This document shows, piece by piece, positions 12,690 to 23,211 of a stretch of DNA of 64,000 nucleotides. The DNA is from Euprymna scolopes (Eukaryota). Within the stretch, counting starts at the first letter, position 1, and each line of letters begins with the position of its first letter. The translations under genes and the position numbers were made by a program. The stretch lies in NCBI GenBank assembly GCA_053919585.1, contig CM132787.1. One strand, written 5' to 3'. The notes under the pieces were generated by a model that saw only the letters and a list, made by a program, of their open reading frames with translations, did no database searches and was not told the origin of the DNA.

Positions 12690-12765
12690 ACATTGGATTT
12701 GAAAACGGCCATGTTATAGTCAACTAGGGAACAAACCTGCGGTATTGTGTTCCACAGACGTGAGC
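12690..12765 (-). mobile_element. Short CR1/L2-group LINE fragment
   Basis: TTTACATTGGATTTGAAAA..GTTATAGTCAACTAGG..GTTCCACAGACGTG is shared with the other copies. Confidence 0.6.
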
Positions 12766-13132
12766 AACTGCAAATGTCTATGTTAGATAATAAATACGTA
12801 CGTTTGTGGTTTTAATTCGACATGTACACAGGTCATAGGTCATCAAGTCATCACGTGCATTAAAATATTAGCAACAACAATATTGAAAACAATAATCTCT
12901 AACCTGGAAATGTGCGAACCTTCTTGCTGTTGACGAGAGAGAAGACCCACAAACGTTATCAGTAAGTGTTCTTTCTTCAAATCGATGATTTCTTCATATT
13001 CTGTTAGTTGTAGCTTTCCTCAGTCACGGAAGAATGCCACAATTCAAAACAAAAAAAAAATCCTTGTAAAAATGATTTTTTTCTGTGAACTGACAAAGGC
13101 ATTGAATGGTAAATTATTTGTCCTTCTTTGTA

Positions 13133-13494
13133 ATTGTAGCAAAATTTGAAAAATGAAATATTGAATTTCAAGTGAAAACAATGGTATTTACTGAATTATC
13201 ATGTCGAAGTAATGAACATAATAAAAAATTACGAAAAAACGATAACGTAGAAAATTGATTATTAATGAAAACAGTATAAATTAAGTTTTACTAAATTGGC
13301 TGGAGATCTTCTGTTATCAGAAAATATAAAATTAAGAAAAAGGTAAAATTTTTAATCTTTCAAATTTCAAAAATTAATCGGAAACCTACAAAAAATATGA
13401 TAACCCATTTCCAAACTATATACCCCTCCCCCATCAGTTTTCCGCCGTTAATGCCTGTACCTACAATATTTTAATTTTCGAATTTTGCTATAAT
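13133..13494. mobile_element. Foldback MITE, copy 1
   Basis: Terminal inverted repeats ATTGTAGCAAAATTTGAAAA / TTTTCGAATTTTGCTATAAT; the left ~180 bp is similar to 15445-15610. Confidence 0.65.
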
Positions 13495-13597
13495 AACGAA
13501 GAACAACAACAACAAAAAATCCCCAAAAGAAAGCGTGACATCACAAGAATACAAGACCCTGAAATAAAAATTTTCAATAAAAACCAAAGAATTAATT

Positions 13598-13763
13598 NNN
13601 NNNNNNNNNNNNNNNNNNNNNNNNNNNNNNNNNNNNNNNNNNNNNNNNNNNNNNNNNNNNNNNNNNNNNNNNNNNNNNNNNNNNNNNNNNNNNNNNNNNN
13701 NNNNNNNNNNNNNNNNNNNNNNNNNNNNNNNNNNNNNNNNNNNNNNNNNNNNNNNNNNNNNNN
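13598..13763. other. Assembly gap (166 N)
   Basis: N run. Confidence 1.
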
Positions 13764-14224
13764 CTATTTCCATGTAGTGACAATCTAAGAATTGACTGGA
13801 GGAAAATAATTCACTTCTATTCTATTCTGAACAGCTAAAAAAAAAAACCACATACATACAAAAAAACAACAATAAAAAACAAAATATATTTTAAAACATG
13901 GAAAAGTATGGATCACACATCAAAGGGAAATAACTCTGATACGAAAATTATTAGTATTAATTACTTCTAATAATTTATCCTATCCGAGTTACTTCCCTTG
14001 AAACAAATTATTTCCATTCGATAAAAATCTAAAACTTAATTCAAGTAAATCAGAACAGGCTACTGGAAGTTCGCAGAAAACGGTGACAGTGAAAATAAAT
14101 AAATAAATAAATAAAAAATAAATGAATAAAAAAAATCGTAAATATTTTATAAAATAATATATTTTTTATAGCACTAAAATAAATAACAAAATAGTAGAAC
14201 ATTAATATTTTATATATCATTTTA

Positions 14225-14227
<3 letters not shown>

Positions 14228-14292
<65 letters not shown>
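14228..14292. repeat. (ATA)n microsatellite
   Basis: Directly visible. Confidence 0.95.
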
Positions 14293-14293
<1 letters not shown>

Positions 14294-14471
14294 TGTGAGT
14301 TTATTATCGAACACTACTATGACTTCGAGTTGCCTTTTATTCTGATTCTTCAAATTAATTCAAGGTAACTGTATTTTTAATTTATTTTTAACAATCGAAT
14401 TCCAAAAGTTAATTCTTAAAAAGTATTTTTTTGTTGTTGTTGATAAAATGAGTTTTACTCACCAAGTGGGA

Positions 14472-15126
14472 AATAATTGTCATATAAAATGGCACGATAA
14501 AAATAATTGTCATAAAAATGGCACGATAAAAATAATTGTCATATAAACGATAAAAATAATTGTCATATAAAATGGCACCATAAAAATAATTGTCATATAA
14601 ACGATAAAAATAATTGTCATATAAAATGGCACCATAAAAATAATTGTCATATAAACGATAAAAATAATTGTCATAAAAAATGGCATGATAAAAATAATTG
14701 TCATATAAACGATAAAAATAATTGTCATATAAAATGGCACCATAAAAATAATTGTCATATAAACGATAAAAATAATTGTCATATAAAATGGCACCATAAA
14801 AATAATTGTCATATAAACGATAAAAATAATTGTCATAAAAAATGGCACGATAAAAATAATTGTCATATAAACGATAAAAATAATTGTCATATAAAATGGC
14901 ACCATAAAAATAATTGTCATATAAACGATAAAAATAATTCTCATATAAAATGGCACCATAAAAATAATTGTCATATAAACGATAAAAATAATTGTCATAT
15001 AAAATGGCACCATAAAAATAATTGTCATATAAACGATAAAAATAATTGTCATAAAAAATGGCATGATAAAAATAATTGTCATATAAACGATAAAAATAAT
15101 TGTCATATAAAATGGCACGATAAAAA
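14472..15126. repeat. 54-bp dimeric minisatellite (alternating 24-bp and 30-bp subunits), ~12 copies
   Basis: ATAAAAATAATTGTCATATAAACG alternates with ATAAAAATAATTGTCATATAAAATGGCACC. Confidence 0.95.
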
Positions 15127-15442
15127 ATCCACCAATTAATTTGAAATAACAATTTTATTTCTATTTTATTTTGAACAACTGTATAACTATAAATGAATAA
15201 AGTTTGAAAAAAAATAAGAAAATTCTTGAAAAAAAAAGATTTATTCTGATCAATAGAAAATCACAGTAACAGTATGAAGTCATAATCTTGCAAAATTATT
15301 CCATTGATTACAAATGCAAGAATTAATTAAAAAACAATACAAAAGTTCTGTTTTTTAATTTGTTTTTATGAAATAACTGAATAAAAAAAAATCAAGTTTG
15401 AAAACGTAAATAATACCGTCATAAAAATAAGATTTTCCTTAC

Positions 15443-15860
15443 TGTGTAGCGAAATTCAAAAATCAAAATATTGAATTTCAAGTAAAACCAACGGTATCTA
15501 CTTAATTGTTATGTCACAGTAATGAACATATCCAAAAATTACAAAAAACAATGAGGTATAACAATTAATTATGAATGAAAACAGTTTTGCTAAATTGGCC
15601 AAAGATTTCCAGTGTTTATCTCCCTTTTGTTACGATTCGAACTCGCCGTTATTTATTTATTTTTAATTTTTTATTTATGTTTTTTTTTTTTTTTTTACAA
15701 AACTCAATTTTCGCTAATTGTCTCCGAAAACTATTTTCATTAATAATAATTTTTTTTTTTAACTTATCGCTTTTCGCAATTTTTGGATATGACCATTACT
15801 GTGACATTTCAGTAGATATCATTCTCACTTGAAAGTCAATTTTCGAATTTCGCTACAATA
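15443..15860. mobile_element. Foldback MITE, copy 2
   Basis: TGTAGCGAAATTCAAAAAT / ATTTTCGAATTTCGCTACA termini with ~100-bp imperfect inverted arms. Confidence 0.7.
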
Positions 15861-15885
15861 ACGTATGGCTAGGAACAAAATGTAG

Positions 15886-16459
15886 TAAAAGTCAAGTACG
15901 TCCAAGGATGGAATACTGTTGCCATATCTGGGCAGGAGCTGCTAAAAACAGCCTATCCTGCCTTGACAGAGTACAAAATAGACTTTGTGGCTTAGTGGGG
16001 AATGCCCTTTTCTCTACCCTGCAACCTCTCTCCCACAGAAGAGACGTTGCGAGCCTATCCTTGTTTTATCGCTATTTCCATGGCAGGTGCTCGTCTGGAC
16101 TCCAATCTCTGGTCTCCCCCTCGCCAATCTTTCACGAAAAACACCCGTCTAGCTGAATCCACTGTCAAAAATTTCCCCCACTCTATATCTGTGCCTAAAT
16201 CAAAACGTGGATTCCATGAACAAAGCTTCTTTCTTAGAAGTGCACGCCTGTGGAACTCTGTTCCGTCTGCCTGCTTCCCACCGAACTACAACTTGGATGT
16301 CTTCAAGTCCAACGTTAACAAATTCCTAATGAACCGCCCCCTTAAGTAAACACTTCATCAAATCTCCACACTAACGTAATGTACTTGCAATAACCCTTAT
16401 CCCTGAGTGGCTTCCAGGCCTTGATAAGTGGTGATCACTGTGTAAAAAAAAAAAAAAAA
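15886..16459 (+). mobile_element. CR1/L2-group LINE 3' fragment with poly-A tail
   Basis: MEYCCHIWAGA..LDRVQNR..LQPLSHRRDVASLSLFYRYFHG, frameshift, SFFLRSARLWNSVP..FPPNYNLDVFKSNVNKFL, 3' UTR, A-tract at 16444-16459. Confidence 0.92.
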
Positions 16460-16984
16460 TCTGTTCTGATACTACACTTCACTTTTTCCGTCCTCTGTCA
16501 ATGGAGCAGAACTCCTTCTAGACTGTACCAATTTTAATTTTTGTTTCTACCCAGAGTGTCCCTTTTGGGGAGCTGGATTTTCCCCACATTAAAAACCGAC
16601 CTTGTGTCTAACTCTGCCCTCTTAAATAGGTACAATACCGAAGAATCAAAAATTAATTAACAGATCAAAGGGAAATAACTTTGACATAAAAAGCCATGCA
16701 ATAATATTTATCAAATATAAAATTTACGATAATTTATTTCCGTTCATTAAAAATGTAAAAATTAATTAAAGGTAGCTGTTTCATTGTTATTTGATTGTGT
16801 TGCACCGAATCTCTAAAACGTGAAACTTGAAAACAATCACAATTCTTTAAAAAATAATTTCCACTGATCCAAGGGAAATAACTGTGACTTAATAAAGGCA
16901 TGGCAGAATATTACTGGTCAATTAAATCTACGAAAACTACATTCAAAGTAATTGTATCATTTCTATTACATTGTGAACAACATC

Positions 16985-17718
16985 GGCTTAATATTCACAG
17001 GCAACATGAATTGAAACAACTACATTGAGGACATTGCCAAGGCTGCTGCGAAGAAGGTGGGCTCGCTCTACCGTGCTTGAAAATTAATCACACCCGAGAG
17101 TAATCTATATCTTTACAAAACTATCATTCGCCCACGCATGGAGTATTGTTGCCAAATTTGGGCTGGTGCCAGTGGTGCAGTGGTGCTGGTGCACTAGGTG
17201 TATCAGAATTTTTGTAGGAATTTTTGACATCCCTAACACGAAACTGCAAATAAAATATAAAAAACTCGTAATTTCTCTTTTAAAAGTGGGTTGTTTATTT
17301 TCTTTATGGATTATACTTCCAAAATAAACTATTAAAGTTGTTTTAAAAAAGTAATAGAAATATATTTTTTTATTTTTTAAAAAACAGTAATGAATTTTAC
17401 GAACTCAATATTTTTCAATTTTTCAACTTTAAAAATCTATCAAAATTTTTCTATTGATTCTATTTTTACAATATTTTCAGGGTCAATGTGAAATTTTATG
17501 CTCTTTCCAATAAACCGAATATAATATTTTAGACAAACGTTTTTTTTTTTAATTCACGCTCCCCATTTTCAAGTGTCTATTAAAAAGTAAATAATTAATT
17601 TACTCACCAAAGTGTTATATATCACAAATTGAAGAGAAAAGGTTAATAAATAATATATTCAAATAAAAAAAAAGTAGTGTTTTTTAGAAATTTACCTATA
17701 AAGTCCGAAGTTTAAAAC

Positions 17719-17751
<33 letters not shown>

Positions 17752-18310
17752 TCGTTTGTTTGTTTGTTTGTTTTTTGTTTGTTTGTTTGTTTGTTTTTTG
17801 TTTGTTTTAATGAAACCTTGGTCCTTGCTCCTTTAATTAAAAAAAAATTAGGGCTTGAATTACATTTTTCGAGGAGTTATAAGCTTGGAAAGATGGGGTG
17901 GAATTATTCACTATTTTTCACGAAATTTCTGACACGCCTAGTGGTGCACCTGCTGCTGGTTTTTCCCTCTTAGAGTTTCCAGTCCAATAGGTCCCACACT
18001 AGTCACAAAACTCCAACCTCTGTCTCATCGCCGAAATGTTCCATCCCTGTGCCTGTTTTACAAGTATTTTAGTAGAATGTTCTCAGACAAATGAACCCAC
18101 TTATACCCCCTCGATTTAAATATCCCTAACTAAACTGACAAGAAGCAAGATCCCTCTCTTACACCGTAAAGATATCTAGATGCTGGAAAGCCTTCTATTT
18201 AAATAGCATCTTCCCTTGAACAGTTAGATTTTTAGAATTCATTTCCGGTTTCCAGACTGTACTGGGATGCATATGTTTAAGTATAGTGTGGACAGACATC
18301 TCGCTGCTGC
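16985..18310 (+). mobile_element. Older CR1/L2-group LINE fragment split by a DNA transposon
   Basis: YIEDIAKAAAKKVGSLYRA..LYLYKTIIRPRMEYCCQIWAG up to ~17168; resumes GAPAA at 17944. Confidence 0.8.
17192..17943. mobile_element. Non-autonomous CACTA/CMC-type DNA transposon (752 bp)
   Basis: TIRs CACTAGGTGTATCAGAATTTTTGT / ACGAAATTTCTGACACGCCTAGTG; 3-bp TSD GTG on both sides; interrupts a LINE. Confidence 0.85.
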
Positions 18311-19442
18311 TCAACTTTCTACATAATGTCCTGTAGATTAGGTCTTAAATAGTAGCCCCTTAAATCTAGGTGTGCCTTGTTTAAGATGAAAAAAAGTAAT
18401 AAAAAAAAGAAGAAGAAGAAGAAGAAGAAGAAGAAAACGAATCTTAGAAATTCGCAAAATGTAAAAAATATAAATAAAAATAAATAAAAAGAAAAGATTT
18501 TTACCGATCAAAGGTAAATAACTGTGACACGACAAACGCGGAAGTTTTAAAAAATTAATTCAAGGCATTTGTTCCATTCTTATTTTCACGTAAAACATTA
18601 TTTAGGAACTGAATTCCGCAAAATTAAGTTTTAAAAAATAAAATAAAATAAATAAATGAATAAACAAATTCGTTGAAAAACTGAGTTTTACTCATCAAAA
18701 ATAAATAACTATTACGGATTCATGAAATAAATATTCACTTGTATTCAATAAAAAGTAACTAATTAATTCAACATATATTTTTCCGTTTCTATTCTATTAT
18801 GAACAACTAAATCCCCCGAAATGAACTCTTATAGAAGTGAAAAAAAAAACAAAAAAACTTTTAAAAATGATTTTTATTGTGACATCACATATCAAATAAC
18901 AAAATATTTCCATTCAATAAAGTCTTACCATTATGTAAAGATTTTTTTTACTGGGAATAACTGAATTCCAAAAATTAATTTTGAAAAAAATAAAATACGT
19001 TAAAAAATAATTATTACTGATCAAAAACTGTGATACTAAAAAGCATGAAATAAATAATTATTTCTATTCAATCAATAAATTAATTCATGGTAGTTGTGTA
19101 GTTTTTGTCATTTATTGTAAGTAATTGAATCTCCAAAAATGATTTTTTTTTCCTTTTTTTAATCCTTGGAAAATAAGAGGTTTACTAATCAAAGGGAAAT
19201 AACTGTGTCATGACAAAATAGAAGAAATTTGAAAATCTTCAAAAGAAAAATACTTTTACTGATCAAAGGGAAATAGCTATGTAATAAAAACATTGAATAG
19301 TGAATTATTTTAATCAAATAAAAATCTAAAAATGAATTCAAGTTAACGGTTTTATTTCTATTTTCTTCTGAAAAGAAAGAGTCCCAGAAAATGTAGTTAA
19401 AAAAAGTAAAACTTTTCAGACTTTGTTTTTATCTTTTTCAGC

Positions 19443-19507
19443 GTGCAAACTTGAATGTCAAATAATAGAATGTTAAACACTCTATTATTTGACATTCAAG
19501 TGTGCAC
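19443..19507. repeat. Near-perfect 65-bp palindrome
   Basis: GTGCAAACTTGAATGTCAAATAATAGAATGTT-A-AACACTCTATTATTTGACATTCAAGTGTGCAC, with 2 mismatches. Confidence 0.9.
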
Positions 19508-19927
19508 AGATAAAATTGAAATGAAACAGGTAACTTGAATCAATTCTTAAACAGACATTTCCTGTCATGTCTTTCTTATGTAATACTTATTCCCCTGATG
19601 CGTTTTCATACGTGAATTTAAAATAGTATTTTCATCGTTAAAATACGAAATTAAGAATATTATTTCTTATCATAAGAAAATACATTTTATTTCAATATTT
19701 TCATCATCCTTCATCCCCCAATTGCAGTCAAATATGTTATTGCCATGAAATATTACATTTCACACACACACACACGCACATGCATATATATATATATGAG
19801 GAAAGTATTTCTTCGAAACTCCGCGGATTAAGGACTGTCCACTTATCTAGTATTTCCTTTTCAGATTAAATATGTTTTTAACTCATTTCAAAGTGTTTTT
19901 TTAACATGTTTCATTAACTGTTTGCTC

Positions 19928-19928
<1 letters not shown>

Positions 19929-19997
<69 letters not shown>
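19929..19997. repeat. (TA)n microsatellite
   Basis: Directly visible. Confidence 0.95.
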
Positions 19998-20004
<7 letters not shown>

Positions 20005-20064
20005 AAATGGGTTAATAAATTCCAACGAAAGAAAGATGTATATTTAAATAAGGGAGTAGTCACC

Positions 20065-20422
20065 AACAATGTGTATTTTTTAACATTATTTTATTATTCC
20101 GTGTCTTGGTTTTTCATTGAGAATTATGTTTGGATCATTGTAATAATGTTTTTAAGTCATTGAAATTGTTTACGTACGTTTCAGCATACCAATGTATAAT
20201 AAACACTTACAAGCCTCCACCCCTTGGAAAAACTTCAAACTAACGAAAATCGCCATTTTTACACATTTGAAAATAATTTCTGACGAGGACGCATTAGACC
20301 GTCTGAAACGTACGTAAACGATTTCAATGACTTAAAAACATTATTACAATGATCCAAACATAATTCTCAATGAAAAACCAAGACACGGAATAATAAAATA
20401 ATGTTAAAAAATACACATTGTT
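20065..20422. repeat. ~120-bp inverted repeat (20065-20184 / 20303-20422), probably a PLE inverted pseudo-LTR fragment
   Basis: The arms are near-identical reverse complements; the right arm starts inside a hammerhead motif and runs into the gap. Confidence 0.85.
20267..20327 (+). ncRNA. Minimal type I hammerhead ribozyme motif (PLE-type)
   Basis: CTGACGA (20280) - stem II GGAC/GTCT - GAAA - C[GTAC]G TA (GUA cleavage triplet, palindromic loop III); stem I is weak. Confidence 0.7.
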
Positions 20423-20570
20423 NNNNNNNNNNNNNNNNNNNNNNNNNNNNNNNNNNNNNNNNNNNNNNNNNNNNNNNNNNNNNNNNNNNNNNNNNNNNNN
20501 NNNNNNNNNNNNNNNNNNNNNNNNNNNNNNNNNNNNNNNNNNNNNNNNNNNNNNNNNNNNNNNNNNNNNN
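20423..20570. other. Assembly gap (148 N)
   Basis: N run. Confidence 1.
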
Positions 20571-20572
20571 CC

Positions 20573-22099
20573 AAAACAGAAACAGATATAGTTAACTTAG
20601 CGAGACGATCAATAATAAAATATGATAATAAACTTTGGACTAGGAATAACAGGGACCTAAACTTCGACATCACGATGGGATCGGCAGACTCCAGTCAGGC
20701 AACTGATGTAGTAGGCCTATACATATTGCAGAAACTAAGTGAAGAGATTCCAGAGCTAAAAGGTGGGCTATATCGTGATGATGCTCTGTTTTACATAAAT
20801 GGTAGTATAAGAATAGTTAAGAACACAAAAACTAAGATAAAGAAAATATTTAATGATTTAGGACTAACAATAACCTTCAATGAAAACTACAAAACCGTTA
20901 ACTTTCTGGACCTTACCCTAGATATAATAAATAAAACTTATGAACCTTACCACAAACCTAACCAGGCATTGTACTACATTGATAATAGATCTAATCACCC
21001 ACCATCCATGAAAGCTGCAATAATACCAAACATATCTAAAAGACTATCTAAAATATCAATTAATGAAGACAAATTTAACAAAAATAGGGAGTACTATAAC
21101 GAAGCAATAAAAAAATCAGGTTACAATAAAAAAATACAGTACATAAAGAACCATAATGTTGAACACACTAACTTTAGGACAAATGTAAATATAATATCAT
21201 ATAATAGAGTAATGAATAGAAATAGAAATAAAATAGGAACAAATAACAGAACTGATAACAACATAAGTACCAGCACTCGTGAAAAAACAATAAGAAGGGA
21301 GAACAACACTAATACAAATAGAAAGAATAGGAGGAAGCAACAAACATGGTTCAACATCCCATACTCTATACATATTAAAAATAATATTCCAAAAGAATTC
21401 TATGAAATAATAGATAAAAACTTTCCACCAAGCAATAAATTAAGTAAAATCATAAACAAAAACACTGTAAAAATTTCTTACTCAACCTCACCAAATTTAA
21501 TTAGAAATATAATAGGAACGAACAGAGCCAAAATAGAAAAAGCAAATAATAATAACTTAGAAAATAATAGGAATGAAAACTGTGGATGCAACTGCCGTGT
21601 AGCTATGGAGTGCCCGTTAGAAGGAAATTGCCTCGTATCAGATGTTGTATATAAATGTGAAGTTAAAACTAATAGAGGTGTAAAAGCATACATTGGTAGT
21701 ACGAGCACTCAGTTTAAAACCCGGCTAAACAATCATATTTCATCATTTAACAAAAACAATAATAGTAGCAGAAATATAATAAATAACACAGCAAACACTA
21801 ATAATACTAGTAATAACCATAGTGGGAGGGAAACAAATAGAAAGAAAAATAATAATGACACTGCACTTGGGGAATGGATACGTGAGCTAAAAAGCAAAAA
21901 TATAGAGTACACTTTGAAATGGTCCGTGATAGGTAGGGCAAAAAGTTATCATCCATCAAAATCAGGCAAATGTTCCTTATGTTTACTAGAATCCTACAAA
22001 ATACTAACATCTGATAAAAACTCATTGTTAAATCACCGTACAGACAACATACAAATATGTCTGCATAAAAATAAGTTCCTAATATCAAGATATAGATAA
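20573..22099 (+). CDS. Penelope-like element ORF (RT C-terminal half plus GIY-YIG endonuclease), Naiad-type; 5' part lost in the gap
   Basis: The frame is open from the gap: ..LARRSII..W..FDITMGSADS..VGLYIL, GLYRDDAL (RT active site), VNFLDLTLD, YHKPN, SNHPPS, WFNIPYS, KISYS, CNCRVAMECPLEGNC, VVYKCEV..YIGST..FKTRLNNH (GIY-YIG), CSLCLLE, CLHKNKFL. Confidence 0.93.
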   Translation, partial: KTETDIVNLARRSIIKYDNKLWTRNNRDLNFDITMGSADSSQATDVVGLYILQKLSEEIPELKGGLYRDDALFYINGSIRIVKNTKTKIKKIFNDLGLTITFNENYKTVNFLDLTLDIINKTYEPYHKPNQALYYIDNRSNHPPSMKAAIIPNISKRLSKISINEDKFNKNREYYNEAIKKSGYNKKIQYIKNHNVEHTNFRTNVNIISYNRVMNRNRNKIGTNNRTDNNISTSTREKTIRRENNTNTNRKNRRKQQTWFNIPYSIHIKNNIPKEFYEIIDKNFPPSNKLSKIINKNTVKISYSTSPNLIRNIIGTNRAKIEKANNNNLENNRNENCGCNCRVAMECPLEGNCLVSDVVYKCEVKTNRGVKAYIGSTSTQFKTRLNNHISSFNKNNNSSRNIINNTANTNNTSNNHSGRETNRKKNNNDTALGEWIRELKSKNIEYTLKWSVIGRAKSYHPSKSGKCSLCLLESYKILTSDKNSLLNHRTDNIQICLHKNKFLISRYR

Positions 22100-22976
22100 T
22101 AAGTAAACAAATAGATAGACAAAAACTGAACAAAAATATTTTCTTTTCACCAAAACAACCGAGTTTAAGATAAATGAATAAAAAATATTAGAATAGCAAA
22201 TAAACTTATAAATAACAAACCTGAACACAACATAAATACACATGATTAATAAATAATAATATGATAAATAAAAAAATTAGCAAAAATGACAAAGATTAAT
22301 AATTGAAACAAAAAATAAATAAGTTATTTCCCTTTGACTACTAAATTATAAGGTAAATGCACAAATTCTAAAAGATGTAAGTTAATGACTGAATAATTAA
22401 GAAACAAAGAATTGATAGAGTTAATTCCCTTTAATCGCAAAATCAGAAAAGACCGTAAACTTGACACTAAACATTATAAATTGGAAATAACGAAAATAAT
22501 TAACAAAAAACATAATATAAGAATAAGAAATAATAAATATGTACATAATGATAACCTTTTTAGCCTAATAATAAAATAAATACGGAAAAAAAACAATAAC
22601 AGAAAAAAATACGTATAGACGGCTAAAAAATAAAATGTAACGTAAACACCCAAGAGATACGAAAGAAAAAAAAGGAAAAAATTACTAGCTTAAGAAGAAG
22701 TTAAAAAATTAATTAAATAATTTCGTAAATAATAAATCAAACGTAATAAAAGAAGAAACAAAATAAGAATGTAGAATTAACATAATTGATATTAGATACA
22801 TAAATTGGAAAGAAATTAAAGAACCAAAAAATACGAAAATAAGGCTAACAAAAAGAAAATATAGATCTATAAAAAACCCATGGAAAATTTTTAAAGATGG
22901 CAACCTCGATAAAAAAATTCCATCCCCATGTGAGTTTTAAAAACAATTTTTTGACTGTAATTAATTGATTTTAATT

Positions 22977-23059
22977 GTCTCCGAAGAGAACGGTAAATAA
23001 TGAAAATTCGGTATTAAAACAACCGTTTGTCCTTTTACCCTTCGAAACAGCTGTCAGAC
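22977..23059 (+). ncRNA. Type I hammerhead ribozyme motif with extended stem II (core variant CCGAAGA)
   Basis: Stem I GTCT/AGAC; CCGAAGA; stem II GAAcGGTAAA/TTTACCcTTC; GAAA; C[AGCT]G TC (GUC triplet). Confidence 0.8.
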
Positions 23060-23157
23060 TAAGAAAAAATATATAATAACATGTCATAAAAAATAATAAA
23101 AACAAAAATTGTGTACTACTAAAAAAAAGGTGTTGTTTTTTCTGATTGTATAAATTA

Positions 23158-23162
<5 letters not shown>

Positions 23163-23207
<45 letters not shown>
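23163..23207. repeat. (TA)n microsatellite shared by two convergent PLE ends
   Basis: Directly visible. Confidence 0.95.

Positions 23208-23211
<4 letters not shown>

Larger units (their letters stand above)
20571..23162 (+). mobile_element. Penelope-like retrotransposon (Naiad-type) with a long A-rich 3' UTR, hammerhead, and end at (TA)n
   Basis: ORF, ~880 bp A-rich UTR, hammerhead at 22977-23059, (TA)n from 23163. Confidence 0.8.

Noticed and set aside
12840-12970. Promoter or first exon (CACGTG box, GTAAGT donor at ~12962)
   Set aside because: The motifs are too short to distinguish from chance without transcript data.
14409-15152. Tyr-rich (YDNYFY) and MTIIFI repeat ORFs
   Set aside because: By-products of the 54-bp AT-rich minisatellite, with no unique coding flanks.
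22100-22970. SECIS element in the Naiad 3' UTR
   Set aside because: The ATGA..GA candidates lack a convincing helix, and no in-frame TGA is visible in the ORF.
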